From positions 224,001 to 288,000 of the forward strand of contig CAVSJV010000017.1 of assembly GCA_963728405.1 (NCBI GenBank): DNA of 64,000 bases, read 5' to 3'. Made by a program: the position numbers and the translations under genes. The notes beneath the pieces are model-generated. The model saw only the letters and a list, made by a program, of their open reading frames with translations, was not told the origin of the DNA and ran no database searches. Shown piece by piece: positions 1 to 8,967 of this stretch. The DNA is from Methanomassiliicoccaceae archaeon. Its GTDB lineage: Archaea > Thermoplasmatota > Thermoplasmata > Methanomassiliicoccales > Methanomassiliicoccaceae. The stretch's first letter is position 1. Every line of letters begins with the position of its first letter.

Positions 1-759
1 CTCGGGATCGCCATGCTCCTCGACCTCCTTCTTGACCAGGTCGAGCAGCCGTTCTGACAGCGAGACCGAACGGGTCTCCCGCGCGTACTCCGGAAGGTTG
101 TGGGCCTCGTCCACCACGACTACCGCATCGGAGATGGGGATGTTCATCCAGTCCAGGAGGTTATTGCGGATGAAGGGCATGAAGAAGTAGGCGTAGGGGG
201 CGGTGGCCACCGTGGCCTGGGGAAGGAGGTCCTTGGTAAGCTCGTGGGGGCACAACCCTTTCTCATCGCAAAAGGCCACGAACTCCTCGACCGTAGGCAG
301 GTTCTCGTGGCAGTAGTGCTCGATGTCCTTGAAATCAGTGGCCAGAACGGCCTCGTAGAAGCGACATCCTCCCGGCTTGTTCTCCCGGGAGCGGGCCTTC
401 CGCTCGGCGCACAGTTTGGACAGCTCTTCCGGCGAACCGGAACGCAGCTCCGGGTCCCTCAGGATCAGGGGGCAGGTGCTCTGCCTTCCCTGCAGGCCGA
501 CCCCGAACACCGGCCTTAAGTTGTTGATCTTCCTCAGCTCGAGCATGACCTGGCGCTGCTGGGAGTTTGTTCTAGTGAGGTAAATGACCTTCTTGCCCTG
601 CTCCAGGGCCACCTGCAGTGCTCCGGTAAGGGCACAAACGGTCTTCCCCGTCCCGGTGCCCGATTCCACCGCCAGATGGGTCTGTGACCTCACGATGGTC
701 GATATGACGTTCACCAGTTCGGTCTGATGAGGGCGAGGGGAATAGGGAAAAAGGTCCAT
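1..759 (-). CDS. xpd: XPD/Rad3/DinG-family ATP-dependent DNA helicase (5' part; runs off window)
   Basis: Manual translation from ATG 759: MDLFPYSPRPHQ...ESGTGTGKT (Q motif, Walker A), IYLTRTNSQQRQV, Fe-S cysteines, and DEAH near position 105-116. Confidence 0.9.
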   Translation of the reverse strand, partial: MDLFPYSPRPHQTELVNVISTIVRSQTHLAVESGTGTGKTVCALTGALQVALEQGKKVIYLTRTNSQQRQVMLELRKINNLRPVFGVGLQGRQSTCPLILRDPELRSGSPEELSKLCAERKARSRENKPGGCRFYEAVLATDFKDIEHYCHENLPTVEEFVAFCDEKGLCPHELTKDLLPQATVATAPYAYFFMPFIRNNLLDWMNIPISDAVVVVDEAHNLPEYARETRSVSLSERLLDLVKKEVEEHGDPE

Positions 760-841
760 CCGGCCAACTCAGGCCCTGGTTATAGATGATGGTTTCGGTG
801 GGTATAGTGAAAAACAATATGAAGAGGGGGCGCTGCCCCGT

Positions 842-1255
842 TCACGCTTCCTTGCCACGCTGCCAGGCATCCTCGCCCAGTTCATCGTATACGGAGACGC
901 TTCCCGAGGCGCCATCGGCTAATGCCTCTTTACCGTCAATGAGTTCGTGAATGCGCTCCTTGCGGAATAGCCAGTAATGGATCCTCCATTCACGACCGTC
1001 ATACAAGGTGGTCTCCTCCCTCTCGGTGGTAAGTATCCCGGTGTCCTCGAGCATGTAGAATGCATCCCTGTCCTCAGGCTCAAGAATATTGTCGATTATC
1101 CTCTCGCTGTAACCGAAGAAGTTGAGGATGTGCTGCGCCATTTCCTTGGCCTGCTCATCGGGCATTCCTTCCTTGTCGATGCCGTTCCGGATGGCAGTGG
1201 TCAACTCTTCCAATGTCAATGTGTTGTCTCTTCCGGCCTTCTCTTTCGTATTCAT
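842..1255 (-). CDS. Conserved Thermoplasmata hypothetical protein (DUF6015-like)
   Basis: Motif FFGYSERIIDNILEPEDRDAFYMLEDTGIL...WRIHYW recalled from this family. Confidence 0.75.
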   Translation of the reverse strand: MNTKEKAGRDNTLTLEELTTAIRNGIDKEGMPDEQAKEMAQHILNFFGYSERIIDNILEPEDRDAFYMLEDTGILTTEREETTLYDGREWRIHYWLFRKERIHELIDGKEALADGASGSVSVYDELGEDAWQRGKEA

Positions 1256-1463
1256 GATTTTCCCCTCTGACTACCATCTGGCTTACGCCAGTACTCTAAG
1301 ACGTTTTACTATTGAGAGCTTCTTATATAAGCATTTATAGAGATAATTTTCGTTTTATAGAAATCACTAGAATCTTTCATCTAGCTCCTCCTACAGAAGT
1401 ATATGTTTCTCACCAAGCCCTATATGAACCGGGAAGTCCCAATTATCAATTGAGGTAACGTGA

Positions 1464-1751
1464 ATGATCGCTGAGTTCAGCGTGGTTCCGATCGGGGCAG
1501 GAGAGTCCGTGAGCCCCTATGTGGCCGAATGCTTGAAGATCGTAAGGGATAGCGGACTGAAGTACGAGTTCACTGCCCTTGCCACCATAGTGGAGGGCGA
1601 CTATGATCAGGTCCTGGGAACGATAGGGCTGTGCCACAAGAAGGTCCGCTCCATGACCGACCGGGTCATGACCACCATACGAATCGATGATCGGAAGGGA
1701 GCAGTGAACGAGATCGAGCGTAAGGTTAAAAGCGTGGAAGAAAAAATGTAA
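1464..1751 (+). CDS. MTH1187/UPF0045 thiamine-binding family protein
   Basis: MIAEFSVVPIG..SVSPYVA..RVMTTIRIDDR; SD GAGGT upstream. Confidence 0.9.
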   Translation: MIAEFSVVPIGAGESVSPYVAECLKIVRDSGLKYEFTALATIVEGDYDQVLGTIGLCHKKVRSMTDRVMTTIRIDDRKGAVNEIERKVKSVEEKM

Positions 1752-1761
1752 AATTTAAAGG

Positions 1762-1778
1762 AAGAGGCATAGCCTCTT
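1762..1778. terminator. Hairpin between convergent genes
   Basis: AAGAGGC-ata-GCCTCTT flanked by A/T-rich sequence. Confidence 0.45.
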
Positions 1779-1793
1779 GTTATTGCTAGACGC

Positions 1794-3404
1794 TCAGATC
1801 TGCAGGTAATCCCGGTTGCCGAACTTGCTCAGTTCGACCGAGCGGACCTCTTGGAAACCTTTGACCGCCGCCATCTCCTTGACAACGGCCTCGCTGACCG
1901 GGTTATCCACGGAAACGAGCATGAGGGCCTTTCCACCCTTCTGGTCCCGACCCAGGCCCATCCGGGCGATGTTAATGCCCTTGCTGCCCAGCATGGTCCC
2001 GATGCGTCCGATTATGCCTGGCATGTCGGCATGCACGGACAACAGGAAATCGCCTTCCAGGGGCAGGTCCAGGTCATACTCATCGATGCCCAGAAGCCTC
2101 GGCTCAGAGCCGGGGAAGGCCGTACCGCGGACCTCTCTCTTGACCCCGTCCGATTGCAAGGACACCGAGATCATGTTAACATAGCGCTTGGATTCCTCGA
2201 CCTTGACCTCGACGATCTGGATGCCCTTTTCCTTAGCGATCAGCTCGGCGTTGATGATGTTCGGCTGCTCGCCCGAAAGGTTCGACAGTACGCCCATGAG
2301 GGCAGATACTGTCAGCATCTTGGTGTCCACCGTCGCCAGGTCCCCGTAGACGGTCACCTGGACCTTGGCCACCGGGGCGTCGGTCAGTTGTACCGCGAAC
2401 GCACCGAGGAGCTCGGCGACGGATATGAACGGTACCACCTTGGGGTCCATGCCCCTCACGGGGGCATTGACCGCGTTGGAGATACGCTTATCGAGCAGGA
2501 ACATCTTGACATGCTCGGCCATCTCCACCGATACCTTTTCCTGCGCTTCCTTGGTCGAGGCGCCCAGGTGAGGCGTCACTACGATATTGTCAAGGGTCAG
2601 GAGCTTGGAACCGGTAGGCGGCTCCTTCTCAAAGACGTCCAGCGCCGCGCCGGCAATCGTCTTGTTCTTCAATGCCTCGTAGAGCGCCTCCTCATCGATC
2701 AGCTCGCCCCGGGCAACGTTCAGTATGATGGCGTTGGGCTTCATCTTGGCGATGAGCTCCTTGCTGATCAGGTGATGAGTGCTGGGTGTGAGGGCGGCAT
2801 GGATGGTGATGACGTCAGCTTCTTCGATGACCTGCTCCAGCGGCATGAGGCGGACGCCCAACTTCACCGCGACCTCGGGCGATATGTAGGGATCGTAACC
2901 GACCAGCTTCATCTGGAAGGACTTGGCGCGCCTGGCCACTTCGCCGCCCACCCGGCCGATACCCACTATGCCCAGGGTCTTGCCGTACAGTTCGAAACCG
3001 GTGAACTTGGACCGCTTCCATTCGCCTTTCTTGAGGGATGCGTCGGCCCATACGACATTGCGGGCAAGGGACATCATCATAGCCATGGTGTGCTCGGCGG
3101 CGGAGATGATGTTGGCGGAGGGCGTGTTCATGACCAGGATGCCCCGGCGGGTAGCGGCCTTGACATCGACATTGTCCACACCGACGCCGGCCCGGCCGAC
3201 GACCTTGAGATTCTTCCCGGCCTCGATCACCTCGGCGGTGACCTTGGTGCCCGATCTTATGATCAGCGCATCATAGTCCCCGATGATCTTCATCAGCTCC
3301 TCGTGGGGGATGTTGGGCCGGATGTCCACTTGGACCTGACCGCCCCCCCTCAGCATCTTCAGGCCCTCTTCCGAGAGCTCGTCGGTAACCAGCAGTTTGA
3401 TCAT
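1794..3404 (-). CDS. serA: D-3-phosphoglycerate dehydrogenase
   Basis: GRAGVGVDN, GIGRVG, TPHLGAST, C-terminal ASB and ACT domains. Confidence 0.95.
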   Translation of the reverse strand: MIKLLVTDELSEEGLKMLRGGGQVQVDIRPNIPHEELMKIIGDYDALIIRSGTKVTAEVIEAGKNLKVVGRAGVGVDNVDVKAATRRGILVMNTPSANIISAAEHTMAMMMSLARNVVWADASLKKGEWKRSKFTGFELYGKTLGIVGIGRVGGEVARRAKSFQMKLVGYDPYISPEVAVKLGVRLMPLEQVIEEADVITIHAALTPSTHHLISKELIAKMKPNAIILNVARGELIDEEALYEALKNKTIAGAALDVFEKEPPTGSKLLTLDNIVVTPHLGASTKEAQEKVSVEMAEHVKMFLLDKRISNAVNAPVRGMDPKVVPFISVAELLGAFAVQLTDAPVAKVQVTVYGDLATVDTKMLTVSALMGVLSNLSGEQPNIINAELIAKEKGIQIVEVKVEESKRYVNMISVSLQSDGVKREVRGTAFPGSEPRLLGIDEYDLDLPLEGDFLLSVHADMPGIIGRIGTMLGSKGINIARMGLGRDQKGGKALMLVSVDNPVSEAVVKEMAAVKGFQEVRSVELSKFGNRDYLQI

Positions 3405-4471
3405 TTCATCGTCTCCAGGACCTCGTCCATGTTCCTCAACAGGCCGCGGACCTCCTCGACCGTCAGGTCGCCCATGTGGCCCACCCGGAAGGTCGCGTCC
3501 TTGATGTCCCCGTAGCCGTTGGAGATCTCATAGCCGCGCTCCTTGAGGCCCTTGTTGAGCATGCTAAAGTCAATGTCGCCCCGGTTTATCACTGTGATGG
3601 TATCGGAGAGATAGCCCGGCTCGGCAAACACCCCATGGCGCTTCCGGGCCCAGGACCGCACCAGCTCGGCCATCTCCTGGTGGCGGCGGTATCGGGCGGC
3701 CATGCCTTCCTTAAGGATCCTTTCCAGTTGGAAGTCGAGGGCGTACATCAGGGACACCGGGGGGGTGGTGAGAGAGTAGTTCTTGTCGGCCATCTTCTTC
3801 ATCTGGATCAGGTCAAAGTAGTAGCCCTTGTTCGGCACGGTCTTGGCCTTCTCCAGCAGACGGTCGGAGCAGCAGATGATCGCTATCCCCGGGGGGAGCG
3901 CCAAAGCCTTCTGCGTGCCGAATATCAGGGCGTCCAGGTCCAGCTCCTTGATCTTGAGGTCCGAACCATAGATGGCGGTGACGCCGTCCACGAACATCAA
4001 TGGGTCGTGGTCCTTGCGGACCGCTCTGACCAGGTCCTTCACCGGGTTCAGCACGCCAGTGGAACTTTCGTTCGCGACCACGGCCACAGCCTCGATGTCA
4101 TCGGTCAGCTGGCCCTCCAGATCCGCCGGCTTTACCGCCTTGCCCCAGGCCCCGTTGAGCTTCTTGACCTCCTTGCCGTTCTCGGTACCGATGCCCTGCC
4201 AGCGGTCTCCGAATGAGCCGTTGGAGATGCCCAGCATCTTGCTCTTGACACCATTCCGTACGCACGCCTCGAGAAGTCCAGAGGCGGAGGCCGGGGACAT
4301 CATGATGTGCATGTCGGTGTCCAGGGTCTTGTGGAGCTTCTCCACAATGCGTTCCTGGAGCTGCTCGTACTCTTTGCTCCGATGAGTGATCATCGGCCTG
4401 GTCATGGAATCGAGGACCTCTTTGCGGACCTCGACCGGACCTACGGTGAACAGTGTGTGATTCACAGACAT
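3401..4471 (-). CDS. Class V PLP aminotransferase (alanine-glyoxylate/serine-pyruvate family; probable phosphoserine aminotransferase role)
   Basis: LFTVGPV, NESSTG, GTQKALALPPG, FRVGHMG; ATGA overlap with serA. Confidence 0.9.
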   Translation of the reverse strand: MSVNHTLFTVGPVEVRKEVLDSMTRPMITHRSKEYEQLQERIVEKLHKTLDTDMHIMMSPASASGLLEACVRNGVKSKMLGISNGSFGDRWQGIGTENGKEVKKLNGAWGKAVKPADLEGQLTDDIEAVAVVANESSTGVLNPVKDLVRAVRKDHDPLMFVDGVTAIYGSDLKIKELDLDALIFGTQKALALPPGIAIICCSDRLLEKAKTVPNKGYYFDLIQMKKMADKNYSLTTPPVSLMYALDFQLERILKEGMAARYRRHQEMAELVRSWARKRHGVFAEPGYLSDTITVINRGDIDFSMLNKGLKERGYEISNGYGDIKDATFRVGHMGDLTVEEVRGLLRNMDEVLETMK

Positions 4472-4493
4472 CCCCCGAAAATCTCCCGGCGCT

Positions 4494-4589
4494 TCAGGCG
4501 CGAACAGGGCAGACAGGGGACATCCGATAACGTCCTCCACATCCGCATCCCGATCCGCATCCGTCGGCGGCGCTCGTCATGTCCAGCAT
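4494..4589 (-). CDS. Candidate 31-aa leader peptide MLDMTSAADGCGSGCGCGGRYRMSPVCPVRA
   Basis: Manually translated uORF between the TATA box and the aminotransferase start; translation not shown. Confidence 0.45.
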   Translation of the reverse strand: MLDMTSAADGCGSGCGCGGRYRMSPVCPVRA

Positions 4590-4681
4590 GCGCTCTGCCC
4601 TTGATAATGCCAGATAAGGAAAATCCTGTATTGAGGGCATGACAGCATGTGGCATGTTGATTTCCGGTATCATGAAGATAT

Positions 4682-4721
4682 GAATATAAACTTTCCTATG
4701 CCATGCTGGCAGGCATAGGAA
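4682..4721 (-). promoter_or_regulatory. BRE/TATA promoter of serine operon with adjacent inverted repeat
   Basis: Minus strand GGAAAG-TTTATAT; inverted repeat TTCCTATGCC-N9-GGCATAGGAA at 4693-4721. Confidence 0.55.
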
Positions 4722-4736
4722 TGGCGATAGAAAAGG

Positions 4737-5148
4737 TCACCTGATGGGCTGGGCCACTTTTGATGCTTGCTTTCCCATGTACTCGCCGATGCGGGCGACC
4801 TCCTCCTTGAACTTCTCCAGGTCGTAGTTCTGAGCGTGGATCATGGCGCTCCAACGCGAAGTGTAGCTGGCCAGGAACACCAGTTCAGAAAGCTCTTCCT
4901 CCGTGGCGCCTTGACCTTTGGCCATGGTAAGGTGCATCAGTTGACAATATGGGCATTTAATATTGGCCGCGATGGCCAGCCCTATCATCTCACGATATTT
5001 CGGAGGGATCGCCGATTCTCCGAACTGGTACTTCTTCATCAGCTCCCAGTCGTTCACCAGGACAGTCCTCAGGCAGCGCCTTGTAGAAGTCCGGGACGAA
5101 CCCAAAGGTCTTCTTTATGTCCTCCAATGTGTCTTCGTAGCTTCCCAT
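4737..5148 (-). CDS. Carboxymuconolactone decarboxylase/AhpD-like protein (frameshift near 5065)
   Basis: MGSYEDTLEDIKKTFGFVPDF joined to IPPKYREMIGLAIAANIKCPYC..H. Confidence 0.85.
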
Positions 5149-5195
5149 AAGGGCACCAGGACCTTACGTCTCCGCTGACGGCTAATATAGTTTCC

Positions 5196-5546
5196 TTATT
5201 TGGTCCCTTTCCGGACCGGAGCCTTGCTGGCCTTGCCCTTCACCAGCTTCTTGTCCCGCTCCTGCGCTTCCTTCAGCGATTCCAGCTGTACTATCTCGAT
5301 CTCGAAGATGTCGGCGCAGGGCAGCTCGGCGATGGTGTCGTCCAGGATCTCCTCGTTCTCCACGCTCATCACGAACGCCGCGGAACGCTGCCCGCTGAAG
5401 AAACCCCCGCTCAACATACCATCCTTCTCCATCCCCAGCAGCATATCGATACTGGGAAGGATCTTCATTTCAACGATCTCCCTGTTCTGCTCTTCGGTCT
5501 CGCCCACTCCGCCCTCGCTGAGCTTCATCAATACCAGGAATTCCAT
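5196..5546 (-). CDS. Muconolactone-isomerase-like (dimeric alpha/beta barrel) protein, paralog 1
   Basis: GGFFSGQRSAAFVMSVEN..LD..I..LP..EIVQL pattern. Confidence 0.6.
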   Translation of the reverse strand: MEFLVLMKLSEGGVGETEEQNREIVEMKILPSIDMLLGMEKDGMLSGGFFSGQRSAAFVMSVENEEILDDTIAELPCADIFEIEIVQLESLKEAQERDKKLVKGKASKAPVRKGTK

Positions 5547-5594
5547 GTTCTCACCGGACCACTTATGATTGTACTTGACGTCATCTTTTTCCCG

Positions 5595-5936
5595 TTATAG
5601 GCCTGCTGCGGACCTCATCTCGTTGACGATCCGGCGATCTCTCTCCAGGGCCGATGATATCCTTTGGACGGGGGCGACATCGACATCATACACATCCATC
5701 ATCGGCAGGCCGGCCAGTATCTTGTCCAGTTCCAGATTGTCCTCGGCCTCGAATATGAACGTCCCGGACCTCTGCCCCTCGAAAAAACCGCCCATTACCT
5801 TGTGGTCGCCCTCCATCTCCATCAATCTTTCCAATGACGGCATTAGCTGGTCGGTCAGCAGGAATGCGGCCTCCTCCGACGAACCACCATAGGATTCCTC
5901 CCTCAGCTTGAAGATCACGACGTACTGCTCGGCCAT
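5595..5936 (-). CDS. Muconolactone-isomerase-like protein, paralog 2
   Basis: GGFFEGQRSGTFIFEAEDNLELDKILAGLP; clearly similar to neighbour. Confidence 0.6.
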   Translation of the reverse strand: MAEQYVVIFKLREESYGGSSEEAAFLLTDQLMPSLERLMEMEGDHKVMGGFFEGQRSGTFIFEAEDNLELDKILAGLPMMDVYDVDVAPVQRISSALERDRRIVNEMRSAAGL

Positions 5937-5957
5937 ATCACAAGTTTGGCGCCGGGG

Positions 5958-8558
5958 CTATTTAGTTGTTCTATTCTTGATGGCCTTCAGTGCCTCCAAC
6001 CAGAAGGAGCCGACGATGGCCAGTCCGAGCGCCAAGGCCCAGTTCCCTGCGCTCAGAGCGGTGGTCTTTACCGCACCATAGAGGGGCGGCACCGTGGTCA
6101 CCGCTATCGCGAACAGGCCAGCGGCTAGAGCCCAGACCACCATGGTGCGGTTGGAGAGCGGACCGATCTCGAATAGCGAGCGGTCCTGGGAGCGCATGTT
6201 CAGAGCGAGGAGCGCATGACCGACCAGCCAGGTCACGAAAGCCATGGTCTGCGACGGGGCCAGATCATGGGTGCTGTTCCATGTCAAAAGATAGGCCGCC
6301 GTGACGGCAAAGATCAGGCCGAGGGAGCTGACGAAGATGCTCAGGACCATCGAATGATCCATGAACGATGCCTTGGGGTCGCGGGGCGGCCGTGACATAA
6401 GTGCGCCGTTCGACCGCTCGGCCACAAAGGCCGCCGCCGCCCCTAGGTCCATGAACAGCTCCAATAGAATTATTTGAACGGGCGTGAAGGGGATCGGCAG
6501 GAACGCAAGCACCGCTATCAGAGTGATGGCGATGAGGGCCACCTTACATGCCAAATAGTAACGTACCCCCTTTGTCAGGTTGTCGAACAGGACCCTTCCT
6601 TCCCTGACCGCCCGGGCGATGGTAGCGAAGTTGTTGTCCGCTAGGACCATGTCGGCCGACTCCCTGGCCACATCCGTGCCACCCTCCCCCATAGCGATCC
6701 CGATGTCCGCTGATGCCAGCGCCGGTGCATCGTTGATGCCATCCCCCGTTACCGCGATCCGTTCACCGTTCGCTCTAAGCGCCTTGACGATGCGCAGCTT
6801 GTGTTCCGGAGTCACTCGGGCATAAACCCTCTCCTCCCGGACGGCTTTTTGGAGTTCGGCATCGCTCTTACTGTCCAGGTCCACACCGGTAAGGACGTGG
6901 CCATCATTCTGCAGACCCACCTTTGCGGCTATGGAGACCGCGGTGAGGGGGTGGTCCCCGGTCAGCATTATGACCCTTATGCCCGCGGCCGAACAGGTTT
7001 CGATAGCGTTCTTGGCCTCGGGGCGGGGAGGATCGGCCAGGCCGATGAACCCTACGAACATCAGATCGGATTCGGCGCCCTCGATATCGATCCCATCGGT
7101 GCCCTCCTTCTCCGCCACGGCCAATACTCTCAATCCGCGGGAGGCCATGGCTGCCGCCTGCTCCAGGATATTGCCTCGTTCACCGCTACCCAGTGGTGCG
7201 GATGAACTGCCCTCGCCCATAGCGATGCATCGGGAGAGTATGCTCTCCGGCGAGCCCTTGGCCGCAACCCGATGTTTGCCGTCGGAATCATAGACGACCG
7301 ACATTCGTTTGCGGATGTTATCGAAGGTATGCTCGGTGATCAAGGGGTTCCTATCTCTTATCGCCGATACGTCGGTTCCGTCCCTTAGGGCCTCTTCTAC
7401 CAATGCGATATCCAGCGGGTCCCCTTCTACTTCACCCTTGGATAAGCGGGCGTCGTTGGCCAGGATCGCCAGGTGAAGTATCCGTTCCCTATGCTCAGCA
7501 GGAAATAATTCCTGGATCTGCATTCGATTGGTGGTGAGCGTACCGGTCTTGTCCGTACATATGACCGTGACCGCCCCCAGGGTCTCCACCGCCTGCAGCC
7601 TTTTGACCACCGCATTCTCCTTCGAAAGACGATAACCGCCAATGGCCAGGACCATAGTGATTATTATCGGCAGCTCCTCAGGAATGGTGGCGAAGGCCAG
7701 TGAGAGGGCGGTGAGCAGCATCTGCTGAGGGTCCTGGCCGTTCAGCAACCATCCCAGCAACGGGACCAGGACCGAGAACCCGATGGCGAGCAGCACCATC
7801 CACTTGGTCAGATCGTTCATGGTCCGCTGCAGTACGGTCTTAGGCGGATGTTCCTTGCGAGCCAGACCGGCAATCCGGCCGAGCTCGGTGCCCATTCCGA
7901 TGGCAGTGACCACCGCCGTGCCCCGCCCCCTGGTGACCACGGTCCCTGCGAATACTATGTCGGTCCGTTCGGCCAGGGCAACCCTGGCGGGGACCGGGGC
8001 AATGGCCTTCTCCTGAGCGGCCGACTCTCCAGTCATTGCGGCCTCTTCGACCGACAGGCCATAGGATTCCAGCAGCCGCGCATCAGCGGGTACTCGGCGG
8101 CCCGACTCCAGAACAATGATGTCCCCGGGCACTACTTCCTCGACCTTGATCTCGATGTCCTTTCCATCCCGACGCACCGTGGCGGTCGGTTCCGACAGAC
8201 TGTTCAGGGCCTCGATGGTCCTTTCCGCCCTGATCTCGTTGTAAATCTCCACGAATACCAGGGCGATGATCACCGCAAAGATGGTCAGGGAGTCCTCGAG
8301 CTTGCCCCAGAATGAATATAGAACGCCGATGGCGAACAACAGCAAGATCATCGGTTCAGTGAGCTCATGGGCCGCCTCCGACCACCAGGGCAGCTCCCTC
8401 CGTTCGGACAACCGATTCTTTCCGAACCTCTCGGAACGGACCTTGGCCTCTTCGGTAGAGAGGCCATCCGCATTTGAACCCAGTCTGGCGAGGACGGCCG
8501 CTCCGTCCATGGACTGCCAGGCCTCCCTCTCGGCCATGTTCCCGGACGGCACGATCAC
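5958..8558 (-). CDS. Type II cation-transporting P-type ATPase (Ca2+-type)
   Basis: TGES, PEEL, DKTGT, KGSPE, TGD, GDGINDAP motifs. Confidence 0.95.
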   Translation of the reverse strand: MIVPSGNMAEREAWQSMDGAAVLARLGSNADGLSTEEAKVRSERFGKNRLSERRELPWWSEAAHELTEPMILLLFAIGVLYSFWGKLEDSLTIFAVIIALVFVEIYNEIRAERTIEALNSLSEPTATVRRDGKDIEIKVEEVVPGDIIVLESGRRVPADARLLESYGLSVEEAAMTGESAAQEKAIAPVPARVALAERTDIVFAGTVVTRGRGTAVVTAIGMGTELGRIAGLARKEHPPKTVLQRTMNDLTKWMVLLAIGFSVLVPLLGWLLNGQDPQQMLLTALSLAFATIPEELPIIITMVLAIGGYRLSKENAVVKRLQAVETLGAVTVICTDKTGTLTTNRMQIQELFPAEHRERILHLAILANDARLSKGEVEGDPLDIALVEEALRDGTDVSAIRDRNPLITEHTFDNIRKRMSVVYDSDGKHRVAAKGSPESILSRCIAMGEGSSSAPLGSGERGNILEQAAAMASRGLRVLAVAEKEGTDGIDIEGAESDLMFVGFIGLADPPRPEAKNAIETCSAAGIRVIMLTGDHPLTAVSIAAKVGLQNDGHVLTGVDLDSKSDAELQKAVREERVYARVTPEHKLRIVKALRANGERIAVTGDGINDAPALASADIGIAMGEGGTDVARESADMVLADNNFATIARAVREGRVLFDNLTKGVRYYLACKVALIAITLIAVLAFLPIPFTPVQIILLELFMDLGAAAAFVAERSNGALMSRPPRDPKASFMDHSMVLSIFVSSLGLIFAVTAAYLLTWNSTHDLAPSQTMAFVTWLVGHALLALNMRSQDRSLFEIGPLSNRTMVVWALAAGLFAIAVTTVPPLYGAVKTTALSAGNWALALGLAIVGSFWLEALKAIKNRTTK

Positions 8559-8967
8559 TCACTTCCTCCTCAGGACCAATTATGGGTGCCGGGCTCATTA
8601 AAAATAGCTATACGAGATCATTGAAAAGAGCCGAAAGGGGAGTGGAGTCAATCTGGAGGATTGAAGTGCGAGCATGCCACCAAACCCCGTTCCGGGTTAA
8701 GACCAAAAATCCATTCAACAGTAATAAGTCTACCGCAATGAACTATCGTTATTATTGATGTCTGGTGAGGTCCAGTCATCGATAGCTGACCTTATCGAAC
8801 GATGAGCGCCCGTCCAAAATTCGCTCCGCTCCAAGAAGGGGGGTCGAAATCGGGGAGGGGGCGCTCTTCGATCGATATGGGGAAGACACCAGTGGGAGCG
8901 GGTCCCGCCAGCGATATTTCCTCAGGAGCACTCTTTTTCTATCCGCCCCATTGTCGCCTACAACGTC

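Noticed and set aside
1851-3515. Long antisense ORFs (also 21018-21944, 38121-39170, 52369-53442)
   Set aside because: Shadow frames of GC3-rich real genes with no recognisable motifs.
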